Shown piece by piece: positions 20,034-27,334 of a stretch of DNA of 64,000 nt; within the stretch, counting starts at the first letter, position 1, and the number at the start of each line of letters is the position of its first letter. Source of the DNA: Klebsiella phage FKP3; sequence record PP895363.1; one strand, given 5' to 3'. The notes beneath the pieces were generated by a model. That model was given only the letters and a program-made list of their open reading frames with translations. It made no database searches and had not been told where the DNA came from. The position numbers were made by a program, and so were the translations under genes.

Positions 20034-21389
20034 TTCATATTGTGTGAAATGTGTCCTGGTGTTCGAGAAGGCACGTTACGACCTTCCCCGAGATTACTCT
20101 CTGCTGCATGTTTCCATGCAGAGCAGACTATATCATCATCCATTAGGATGCCTTGCGCTTCGCCTCACTTGAGGCTACTCTACTCACTTCCGTATTTCTA
20201 CGTGCTTTCGATAGTCGTTAAACTTTACACCACACAAACTAAAAATTATAATCCTTGGATACTTCTGTAAAAGTTTTCCTAGATTTTATTCCGTACACTC
20301 TCTGATAGTTTAGGTGTTCACTGCAATGCATCTTAACTATTGCACCACATTTAAAACCTTTCTCTAACATCTCGCATATCCATTTAACTGTCTCTACTGA
20401 TAAGGTAGCTGGTCGCGTCAGATTGAAAGTATAATCTTTCACTATGTCTGCAAATATAGCCTTCCTTTTAATATTTCGTACTGTGTGATAAGCTACACCA
20501 ACTGTTTCAGAAACATCTTTCGGACTCAAGCCCTCTTCTAAAAGCTCACAGATCGTTCTTACTTCATGTTCTGTCATATTAGTATTTGGACTATTTATAC
20601 CAGCAGCTTTTACATGTAAACCTGTGTCATAAGCATGTTGTACGTTCTGAGAACAACTTACCCATTCCAAATTACTAGGATGATAATTCATTTTATTTCC
20701 ATCCTTATGGTTTACTTGTTTGTACTCCTCTGGAGAAGGATTCTCTACAAAGATTTCAGCCACTATGACATGGAGAGATTTTGTAGTTCTGCGTCCTGTA
20801 TCAGTAGTCATTGCAACAGCAGGATAACCTCCTCTATTACAACGAATAGTTAATTTATTATTTAGTTTTGTACTAAAGATTTCATAATTATCAGTCATAT
20901 GATACTTAGAAAATCCTTTTATTTCATGCATTTTCACCTCCTGCTAACATTAGGAGTTTGCATGGTGTCTTAGCTTGGTATTGCCCTCGTCTCTACGTTA
21001 GGGGTTTCACCAAATTCACAAGGTTTTCGATACATGTTCCCATGTAAAGGCTCTAAAAATCAAAGCTCGTCGAAACCGACCATACTGTATTGTGTACCTT
21101 GCAGTACGTGTTGATTTACTTAGCATATAGGTAAATCGGAGGATTCCTCCTCACCCTTTATGTTACCATAAAGATCAGACCATATCATAACCCACGTCCT
21201 ATGGGTTGTTGGCGCTTGGAGATCGCTTGATCCCTACTCTACTTACAAGCTTTAGCATCTTGCGTCTTGCTTTCGATGGTCGTTGCACCTTACTCCGAAG
21301 AGTCTTGGCTCAGGATTGTCCTCACAATGAGGAGTTTCCCTGAATTCACCAACTTATTCAACATACATTACTGTATGAGGCCACCAAGT
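20034..21389 (-). mobile_element. putative group I intron carrying HNH homing endonuclease, interrupting terL
   Basis: 1356 nt separates the two terL halves. About 450 nt of ORF-free, structure-rich sequence precedes the HNH ORF. That sequence contains AAUCCUGAGCCAAG and UAACGUAGAGACGAGGG strings, which I recall as resembling group I core elements of the Anabaena tRNA-Leu intron. An RBS (GGAGGUG) precedes the HNH ATG. Confidence 0.5.
20239..20937 (-). CDS. HNH homing endonuclease (intron-encoded)
   Basis: 232 aa; ...VNHKDGNKMNYHPSNLEWVSCSQN... HNH motif, paralogous to ORF 32345-32920. Confidence 0.7.
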   Translation of the reverse strand: MKMHEIKGFSKYHMTDNYEIFSTKLNNKLTIRCNRGGYPAVAMTTDTGRRTTKSLHVIVAEIFVENPSPEEYKQVNHKDGNKMNYHPSNLEWVSCSQNVQHAYDTGLHVKAAGINSPNTNMTEHEVRTICELLEEGLSPKDVSETVGVAYHTVRNIKRKAIFADIVKDYTFNLTRPATLSVETVKWICEMLEKGFKCGAIVKMHCSEHLNYQRVYGIKSRKTFTEVSKDYNF

Positions 21390-22253
21390 TTAATGGTTAG
21401 TTTCCGCTGTTACGTTATCATTTTCTAAGTGGTCGAATTTTAATGTTCCACCTCCGGTAGCTCTGAACTCCATTTCCATAGCTTGTTCACGAACATGTGG
21501 CTGAAGTTTCAGATATAGCTTTTTAGCTTCTGTAAATAACCCACCAGGCTTACGTAGAGCTGTTGTATTTTTACGGAATAGGATTCCGCCAAACAGTGGG
21601 TCTTTGCAAGCATATTTTAAAGCTTTCAGCAGGAGTAGACGAGACTTGCCGCTATTCCCAGTAACGAAGATATGATCGCCACGTCTAAAGACAACATAAC
21701 TGCTTGGAGTTTCAAAACAATATTTTTTATCATCACTTGTCATTACCTCGTGTATTTTTAGATAAGTGTTAGTTTTACCTGAGATATTAAATGGTACTCT
21801 TTTACCGAAAGGATTTTCTACATACCCTCTAAGTGGTTCTCCTGCTTGCTGCAATGCAATAAGATCTCCAACTAAAATCTCAAAATGTTTTTTAGATTTT
21901 TTCTTTTTATAGAATACAAACCTGTGTTCCATACTAAGTTCTTGGAATAAACCCACACCATTTGTTATTCTATATAAGTTATCTTTTGTATCATACTCTA
22001 CAAAGTATGGACTAACTAACTCCAGTTTCCTGTTTCTTGGATTGTATTGATAAATATCTTCTCCCGAGTATTGATCAATTCTCTTCCATCCTGCTGGTGT
22101 TAAATACTCTGTCTCTGCTGTAACGCATCCCGCAGCACCCCCATAAATCATTACCTCTGGCATTAAATCCATTGCTAATGTTTGTTTACCCGGTTGAGCT
22201 TTTACTTCAATCTCAATATTTGCTAAGTTTGTCTTAACTGGTTTACGTGCCAA
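21390..22253 (-). CDS. terL: terminase large subunit, upstream exon (ATPase N-part) containing a mini-intein
   Basis: MIYGGAAG|C...intein...N|SGKSRLLLL: the flanks join to GGAAGSGKS, a perfect Walker A motif. Confidence 0.65.
   Translation of the reverse strand: MARKPVKTNLANIEIEVKAQPGKQTLAMDLMPEVMIYGGAAGCVTAETEYLTPAGWKRIDQYSGEDIYQYNPRNRKLELVSPYFVEYDTKDNLYRITNGVGLFQELSMEHRFVFYKKKKSKKHFEILVGDLIALQQAGEPLRGYVENPFGKRVPFNISGKTNTYLKIHEVMTSDDKKYCFETPSSYVVFRRGDHIFVTGNSGKSRLLLLKALKYACKDPLFGGILFRKNTTALRKPGGLFTEAKKLYLKLQPHVREQAMEMEFRATGGGTLKFDHLENDNVTAETNH
21654..22127 (-). mobile_element. mini-intein (158 aa) inserted in the terminase Walker A P-loop
   Basis: Starts with Cys (CVTAETEYLTPAGWKRI...), ends ...DHIFVTGN followed by Ser; no endonuclease domain; excision predicted to restore GAAGSGKS. 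Confidence 0.6.
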
Positions 22254-22261
22254 AGTTCCTC

Positions 22262-22591
22262 CTATTTAGAAATGATTCCGGCATCTTGCAACGTTTTTAT
22301 GTATGCTTGCAATGCCATCAGCTTTTGTCTATCCTTTTCCCATAAGGCATTGTTCTTTGTTTGATTATCTACAACCTCAGATCTAGAGACGCCTTTTGTA
22401 ATTTGAGTTTGTGTATACACTACAGGTGTTTCTGGAGATTCCAGGTTGCTCTGCTCAGGACTGGCTATTGCCTCTTTTGCAACAGCTTTGCACTCATCAA
22501 TGAGAACTGGTTGGGAATGATTTGTTGATGATGTGCAGCCCGTTATCATTAGGGGCAAAGCAAGACATGCTGCCAGTAGTAGTTTTTGCAT
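22262..22591 (-). CDS. o-spanin (Rz1-like outer-membrane lipoprotein)
   Basis: 109 aa, signal peptide MQKLLLAACLALPLMITGC with lipobox ITG|C; its start is embedded out of frame in the 3' end of ORF 22497-22937. Confidence 0.5.
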   Translation of the reverse strand: MQKLLLAACLALPLMITGCTSSTNHSQPVLIDECKAVAKEAIASPEQSNLESPETPVVYTQTQITKGVSRSEVVDNQTKNNALWEKDRQKLMALQAYIKTLQDAGIISK

Positions 22592-22937
22592 ATTCTTTAG
22601 CCTCTTGTTGGAGTTCAGTTTCTTTTTTCGATAACTTCTCTTTTAGAATTTCAGTATCATTTGAAAGCTTGGCTATTGTATTATTCAACTGAGATCTATC
22701 TGCATCCGCTTTAGCTTGTAATGTATCAAAGTCTTGTTTAGCTTTCGCTTGTTGAATTTGTTGTGTTTGTTGCTCTTTAGCAACCCCTGCATTATAACCG
22801 TCTTCATAAATACTGTTTTTAATATGTATTGCACCAAATACGATAACTAACAGGAGAATAACTCCTATTACAAGATACCTAATCGTCTTGTTGTTCTTTA
22901 TCGTATTCAGTAAAGATATTAGTAAGCTCATCTTCAT
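22497..22937 (-). CDS. i-spanin (Rz-like)
   Basis: 146 aa with an N-terminal TM helix (YLVIGVILLLVIVFGAI) then a long coiled-coil; overlaps the lipoprotein gene in the classic Rz/Rz1 arrangement. Confidence 0.5.
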   Translation of the reverse strand: MKMSLLISLLNTIKNNKTIRYLVIGVILLLVIVFGAIHIKNSIYEDGYNAGVAKEQQTQQIQQAKAKQDFDTLQAKADADRSQLNNTIAKLSNDTEILKEKLSKKETELQQEAKEYAKTTTGSMSCFAPNDNGLHIINKSFPTSSH

Positions 22938-22963
22938 TTACTCTAAATTTAGGTATTGTGGAA

Positions 22964-23167
22964 TTATTGATAATTTTCTTCACTTCCATTGGTTTCGCTT
23001 TCGTCAAGATCTGTTCCCATTGTTCTGTTGTAATCATTCAATTCTTCCTCAATATTCCAGTTACGGGTATAATCGTTTTTCTTATCTCTGTGTGCTGAAG
23101 CACGATTATAGTCATGTTTTGCTACATAGTTTCTCATATAGTATCCTCCTACATTTGATCTTATCAT
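22964..23167 (-). CDS. hypothetical protein
   Basis: 67 aa ORF. Confidence 0.2.
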   Translation of the reverse strand: MIRSNVGGYYMRNYVAKHDYNRASAHRDKKNDYTRNWNIEEELNDYNRTMGTDLDESETNGSEENYQ

Positions 23168-23195
23168 AGAATCAGTATAAAAAGCAAGCTTTTTA

Positions 23196-23229
23196 AAAAT
23201 AAAAAATCCCCTAACCTTTCGGAGAGGGG
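23196..23229 (-). terminator. rho-independent terminator
   Basis: Minus: CCCCUCUCCGAAAGGUUAGGGG hairpin followed by AUUUUUUAUUUUU. Confidence 0.5.
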
Positions 23230-23300
23230 CGTTAAATAACGAGGAGGAGGGAGCAAAGCTCCCAAGAGAGGAGAAGTGTATCTTTAATGATTGTTAAAGA

Positions 23301-23588
23301 TTAAATAGATATTTTATGAGGTGGGGCATCCTGCGGATCGTCAATTTCTTCACTTTCTGCGTAGTGTTCTTCCATCCAACCTTCAACCTGTTCTTTAATG
23401 GTTTTAGCTGCTTGGAATTTTAGATTCTTAGGAGCATCTTTATCATCAATCAGATCGACAATATACTGTGCTGCCTCAACATACTTGTCTGCAAATAATT
23501 CCTTTACTTTTGCTTCCGCTGCAATCATTGCATAAATTTGTTGCATTTCTGCTGTGGGTCTTCCACGACCACGTTTAATTTTTGCCAT
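23301..23588 (-). CDS. small basic protein (possible DNA-binding; small terminase candidate)
   Basis: 95 aa, N-terminal KRGRGRP AT-hook-like motif; first gene of minus-strand late block. Confidence 0.25.
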   Translation of the reverse strand: MAKIKRGRGRPTAEMQQIYAMIAAEAKVKELFADKYVEAAQYIVDLIDDKDAPKNLKFQAAKTIKEQVEGWMEEHYAESEEIDDPQDAPPHKISI

Positions 23589-23652
23589 ATTAGCCTCCTA
23601 ATATTCATTCTATCATGAAACTATTAGTTTGTAAAGTATTAAATGTAAGATA

Positions 23653-23676
23653 ACAAAAAACCCGCCGAAGCGGGTT
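23653..23676 (-). terminator. rho-independent terminator after tRNA array
   Basis: Minus: AACCCGCUUCGGCGGGUU followed by UUUUUGUU. Confidence 0.55.
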
Positions 23677-23757
23677 GATTATTTGCGTTAAGAGACGCAA
23701 CCCTCTATTCTTAGAAGGAACTAGGCATGTTCTTCGAAGATACCCGCTGGGCGAGTT

Positions 23758-23833
23758 TGGTACTCCGAACTGGACTCGAACCAGTGTTTGACGATTATCA
23801 GTCGCCTGTTCTTGCCATCTGAACTATCAGAGT
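23758..23833 (-). tRNA. tRNA-Ile (GAU)
   Basis: Cloverleaf folded by eye: acceptor ACUCUGA/UCGGAGU, anticodon loop CUGAUAA, T-loop GGUUCGAGUCC, encoded CCA. Confidence 0.6.
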
Positions 23834-23953
23834 ATGAATGTGTGGGCTAGTCTCTTAGCCCTATGCTATACTTGTCTCTTACAGACTGACGTAGCACACG
23901 TGCAGCGACCCTTCATATTTATTTTACATCTACAGAAGGTCATTAGATAGATT

Positions 23954-24031
23954 TGGCAGCAAAGCGAGGAGTCGAACCCCTTAGTCTGTGGTTTGGAGCC
24001 ACATAGAGCGCCATGCTCATTTAAACTTGCT
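23954..24031 (-). tRNA. tRNA-Trp (CCA), boundaries approximate
   Basis: Anticodon arm UGUGG-CUCCAAA-CCACA, T-loop GGGGUUCGACUCC; acceptor pairing imperfect. Confidence 0.45.
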
Positions 24032-24042
24032 CGGCTATTGTT

Positions 24043-24121
24043 TGGAGTCAGGGGCGGGAGTCGAACCCGCAATCTTGAGCATATGAAACTCACATGGTAA
24101 ATCCATTCCACCACCCTGCGC
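24043..24121 (-). tRNA. tRNA with CAU anticodon (Met or Ile2), boundaries approximate
   Basis: Anticodon arm UGAGU-UUCAUAU-GCUCA, T-arm GCGGGUUCGACUCCCGC, CCA encoded; acceptor stem not cleanly resolved by eye. Confidence 0.4.
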
Positions 24122-24208
24122 ATTATTTGGTAGTAACTAAGAGAATCAAACTCTTCTCACAACGCCGTATGAAAGCGTTCGAAACATCAGCTTCACAGTT
24201 ACTTTTAA

Positions 24209-24472
24209 TTAAACACGATGAATAATTTTAACTGTCTCGCCTTTATCATTCATCAAATAAGCACTTTCATCTTTGTGTATGAAGGTGGTAGAACTTCCGC
24301 TGATAACGCTGGCAATAACACTATCTGGCTTTTGATAGCCTTCAAAATGGTATTGGACTTTTATGTTACCATCGAGTTCTATATAATGTTCTTCTTCATC
24401 TACATCAAAAGGTACTGAATCATAAATTTTTGTCCCTTGTGGGAACTTACGAATAATTTTTAATGTGTACAT
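24209..24472 (-). CDS. hypothetical protein embedded in tRNA array
   Basis: 87 aa ORF with AAGGAA RBS. Confidence 0.3.
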   Translation of the reverse strand: MYTLKIIRKFPQGTKIYDSVPFDVDEEEHYIELDGNIKVQYHFEGYQKPDSVIASVISGSSTTFIHKDESAYLMNDKGETVKIIHRV

Positions 24473-24559
24473 AATGCTTCCTTAGTAGTATTTAGTATTA
24501 AATAAATGTGCCGTCCCAAGCCGAACGGCGATTAGTGTTATTGCTTGGCATTGATAATA

Positions 24560-24634
24560 TGGTACTTCCTACAGGAATCGAACCTATGACGCTCACCGTG
24601 TAAAGATGACGTTCTGCCATTGAACTAAGGAAGT
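24560..24634 (-). tRNA. tRNA-Val (UAC)
   Basis: Acceptor ACUUCCU/AGGAAGU perfect, anticodon loop UUUACAC, T-loop GGUUCGAUUCC, CCA encoded. Confidence 0.6.
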
Positions 24635-24706
24635 ATGGCGGGGATTTCCCGCACTGTCTATCGCGATATGGACTCCGACAGTGTTCTCGGTTAAATACCC
24701 CATTAT

Positions 24707-24794
24707 TTGGTGCTTCAGGTGAGACTCGAACTCACAATCCTCTAGGGCGCTGGCTTCTAAGACCAGAGTGTATATCCATTTCCACCACTGAAGC
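24707..24794 (-). tRNA. tRNA-Leu (UAG), class II
   Basis: Acceptor GCUUCAG/CUGAAGC, anticodon arm CUGGU-CUUAGAA-GCCAG, long variable arm, T-loop GAGUUCGAGUCUC. Confidence 0.6.
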
Positions 24795-24925
24795 ATTATT
24801 TAGTATAGGTTAAGAGTTGTATCGGCCCTCTTCTTAAACGGTGAAAGGAAAGTTTGGTTTTTCTCCAAACGTGCTAACACCTTTTACATCCACTCTAAGT
24901 CATCGGACGCAACCTATATTTTTTT

Positions 24926-25001
24926 TGGTGGAGCCGGAGAGAATCGAACTCTCAACAGGAAAGGTGCAAACCTCCCTCGCTACCTTAGTACATGCAACCC
25001 C
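24926..25001 (-). tRNA. tRNA-Ala (UGC)
   Basis: G3-U70 pair present, anticodon loop UUUGCAC, T-loop GAGUUCGAUUCUC. Confidence 0.5.
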
Positions 25002-25133
25002 AAATTTTTGCGCCCCTTTGTAGTGAATGTCTTTAAGCGGAGTCTTTAATGCAAGCAATAAATTTACTCACACACTTAATCTTAGACCTACTCAGATGGA
25101 CGGCTTTAGCATGGCGTCCCATACCTTCTTAAT

Positions 25134-25209
25134 TGGCACGGATGGAAGGAGTCGAACCTCCGGCGCAGGGCTTCGTAAACCCTCGTTCTGTCCACTGAAC
25201 TACACCCGT
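25134..25209 (-). tRNA. tRNA-Arg (ACG)
   Basis: Anticodon arm AGGGU-UUACGAA-GCCCU, T-loop GAGGUUCGACUCC. Confidence 0.55.
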
Positions 25210-25338
25210 ATAATACTTTGCCTAAAACGCCACAACTTGTTTGGTCTTGCACCGTGTCAGTTGCTATTTATCGGTAGAATTTGAGCCATTAACCTGAGCG
25301 AATATTTGTCATGGTTGTCACACCATCAAGGCAAAACT

Positions 25339-25413
25339 TGGTGCAACCTACAGGTATCGAGCCTGTCTATCTGCCTTTTCAGGGCAGCACTCATCCATCT
25401 AAGTCAAAGTTGC
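25339..25413 (-). tRNA. tRNA-Phe (GAA)
   Basis: Anticodon arm CUGCC-CUGAAAA-GGCAG, acceptor GCAACUU/AGGUUGC. Confidence 0.6.
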
Positions 25414-25553
25414 ATATTATTAATTGTCATCATGGAAACCGAAAATCCACGCCATATCAACTCGAAGTTAAAAATCCTTGACTTCGGCACCATCTGGTGC
25501 TGGCTAGGCACTACCTAGCAGGACAGTCACAAAATCGTGACGATGACAAAATT

Positions 25554-25631
25554 TGGTCTCCGTAGAAAGATTTGAACTTTCGACCCCACCGCCCCAAACG
25601 GCATACTCTGACCAGGCTGAGCTACACGGAG
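25554..25631 (-). tRNA. tRNA-Pro (UGG)
   Basis: Anticodon loop UUUGGGG, T-arm GAAAG-UUCAAAU-CUUUC, acceptor CUCCGUG/UACGGAG. Confidence 0.5.
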
Positions 25632-25716
25632 ATAATACTTTCGAGGAGATCTCACCCTATACAGCAAAACCGTATACTATCTGTCAGGGTTACTGTATAC
25701 TGTGCTCCTCTGAATT

Positions 25717-25792
25717 TGGCTGGGGATCTTGGAATCGAACCAAGTCGATGACGAGTTCAAAGCCCGTCGCCTTCCCATTTGGCTAATCCCCA
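25717..25792 (-). tRNA. tRNA-Gln (UUG)
   Basis: Anticodon arm ACGGG-CUUUGAA-CUCGU, T-arm CUUGG-UUCGAUU-CCAAG, acceptor UGGGGAU/AUCCCCA. Confidence 0.55.
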
Positions 25793-25799
25793 ATTAAAC

Positions 25800-25888
25800 T
25801 GGTATAGTGGACGGGATTCGAACCCGCAAGGTAGTTTCCTACTCTAGATTGAAAGTCTAGCTACTTCGACCGATTTGTATACCACTAT
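25800..25888 (-). tRNA. atypical tRNA: anticodon loop CUUUCAA (UUC, Glu-like) but with 16-nt variable arm (class II architecture)
   Basis: Perfect acceptor AUAGUGG/CCACUAU, anticodon arm CUAGA-CUUUCAA-UCUAG, extra arm AGUAGGAAACUACCUU, T-arm GCGGG-UUCGAAU-CCCGU, CCA encoded. Confidence 0.4.
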
Positions 25889-26007
25889 ATAAAATTATTT
25901 AAAAAGGAATGCTAGAACTTGAAGGAGAAAACCATGAGCGAAAAGAGAAAGTTTTCTAACATTCCTGTCTAAATAATCTTGAAATAATCACTTTGTTCAA
26001 GAGTTGT

Positions 26008-26086
26008 TGGTGCGGGTGACAGGATTCGAACCTGCGACGAACTGGGTGGAAGCCAGACACTCTACCAGACTGAGTTACACACGCAC
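26008..26086 (-). tRNA. tRNA-Gly (UCC)
   Basis: Anticodon loop CUUCCAC, T-arm GCAGG-UUCGAAU-CCUGU; acceptor has one C-C mismatch. Confidence 0.5.
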
Positions 26087-26118
26087 TGATTAAGAACTCT
26101 ACAATATTACTCTACTAC

Positions 26119-26148
26119 ATTTTAATACTTATTGTCAAGTGTTAATTT
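26119..26148 (-). promoter_or_regulatory. sigma70-like promoter TTGACA-N18-TAGAGT upstream of tRNA-Gly
   Basis: Minus strand TTGACAATAAGTATTAAAATGTAGTAGAGT, about 30 nt upstream of the tRNA 5' end. Confidence 0.45.
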
Positions 26149-26334
26149 AAAATTGTGAGACAGTGACGGATATCTCATAGATGACTAATCCTACGTCCGG
26201 CTTAAGCAAGGCGACGATATCGTACACCTTCTCGTCGATTGGCAGGAGCCGTTCCTCCTGAATTACTATCTAGCATCTGAGATGAAGACAGCCTCACCAA
26301 TCAACCTACTCCCAGTCACGGTTTCAGAACTTCT

Positions 26335-26409
26335 GGTGCTCCAAGTAGGTTTCGAACCCACGACCCCATGCTTACAAGGCAAGTGCTCTACCAACTGAGC
26401 TATTGAAGC
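26335..26409 (-). tRNA. tRNA-Thr (UGU)
   Basis: D-arm GCUCAGUUGGUAGAGC, anticodon loop CUUGUAA, acceptor GCUUCAA/UUGGAGC. Confidence 0.55.
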
Positions 26410-26626
26410 AAATAGTATTTTATTATTGAAAGGTATTCCACCATAATATCAAGGTTTGCCGATGCAGTAGTTCGGGAACTAGACAATGCCGCTTACGCGC
26501 TGGTTATCTCAATTCAAACCCACTGCAAACCGTGGTAGTTGAGGCCAGTTTCTTTTCCACTTGTTTCCACTTATAAGTCTTAACCAGACCGGGATACGGG
26601 CTTATAAGATCATCAATAATAAAATT

Positions 26627-26711
26627 TGGCGATGGATCAAGGATTTGAACCTTGCTGGAGATTTCTCTCACGGATTAACAGTCCGCCGCCCAACCACTAG
26701 GCCAATCCATC
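26627..26711 (-). tRNA. atypical tRNA: Asn-type anticodon arm (GUU) with 15-nt variable arm and G73
   Basis: Acceptor GAUGGAU/AUCCAUC perfect. Anticodon arm GCGGA-CUGUUAA-UCCGU, as I recall for E. coli tRNA-Asn. Extra hairpin GAGAGAAAUCUCCAG precedes the T-arm CAAGG-UUCAAAU-CCUUG. Confidence 0.4.
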
Positions 26712-26788
26712 ATTATTCTTTGTTAAGAGTAGGCGCGTATTCCGTCGCCTCGTGTTATTTTCTCCTGTTTCCAGGCTCCCTTTAGAGC

Positions 26789-26864
26789 AGCGGGCAGGGA
26801 GAATCGAACTCCCTTAGCATCTTTCAGCAAACCCGAAGGTCATTGTCTAGCCACGACCACCCGC
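26789..26864 (-). tRNA. tRNA-like gene, anticodon region not foldable by eye (possible aberrant or pseudo-tRNA)
   Basis: Good 7-bp acceptor (GCGGGUG/UGCCCGC) and T-arm GGGAG-UUCGAUU-CUCCC, but no 5bp/7nt anticodon arm found; no encoded CCA. Confidence 0.3.
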
Positions 26865-26902
26865 ACAGTTATGTGTACCTCTAAAGCTCTCTTAACTAAT
26901 CT

Positions 26903-26985
26903 GGTGTGGGTAGATGGATTCGAACCACCGCGCCTTTCGGATCTGATTTACAGTCAGGTGCATTCAGCCACTCTGCCATACCCAC
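26903..26985 (-). tRNA. tRNA-Tyr (GUA), class II
   Basis: Acceptor GUGGGUA/UACCCAC, anticodon loop CUGUAAA, long variable arm, T-loop GGUUCGAAUCC. Confidence 0.6.
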
Positions 26986-27059
26986 ATTATCTGGTGTGGT
27001 ACTTGTTACTGATTCTTCTGACGATACAGATACCTCTCATATAACTTTCCCACATTATC

Positions 27060-27136
27060 TGGTACGCCGGAAAGGATTCGAACCTTTATTCCTCTCGTTA
27101 AAAGCGAGATGCCTTATCCAGTTTAGCTACCGACGC
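27060..27136 (-). tRNA. tRNA-Lys (UUU)
   Basis: Anticodon arm UCUCG-CUUUUAA-CGAGA perfect, T-loop AGGUUCGAAUCCU. Confidence 0.6.
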
Positions 27137-27244
27137 ATAAATATTTTTTAAGATAGCAACCGCTTAACGATTGCTATAAGTTAAGGTTACTTTTAAACAA
27201 TAAATCAATCACCAATAACATCCTTGCTATCTTAAAAAACACTT

Positions 27245-27330
27245 TGGCGGAAGAGGGGAGGGTTGAACTCCCACGCCCTTTCGGACGGCAGTTTAGCAAA
27301 CTGCTATGGCTACCATTTCATCACTCTTCC
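27245..27330 (-). tRNA. tRNA-Ser (GCU), class II
   Basis: Acceptor GGAAGAG/CUCUUCC, anticodon arm GCAGU-UUGCUAA-ACUGC, long variable arm, G73, CCA. Confidence 0.6.
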
Positions 27331-27334
27331 TAAA

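Noticed and set aside
19594-20270. Small ORFs inside or antisense to terL exon 2 and the intron 3' segment (19594-19929, 19922-20143, 20040-20270)
   Set aside because: They overlap the conserved terminase nuclease-domain frame or the structured intron RNA; no independent support.
23688-23757. Possible extra tRNA just upstream of tRNA-Ile
   Set aside because: Contains UUCGAA but no acceptor/T-arm geometry could be built; more likely spacer between the terminator and the first tRNA.
24128-24190. T-arm-like hairpin AGAGUUUGAUUCUCU with ...ACCA 3' end
   Set aside because: Only about 35 nt precede the T-arm, too short for D and anticodon arms. Probably a tRNA remnant; not called as a gene.
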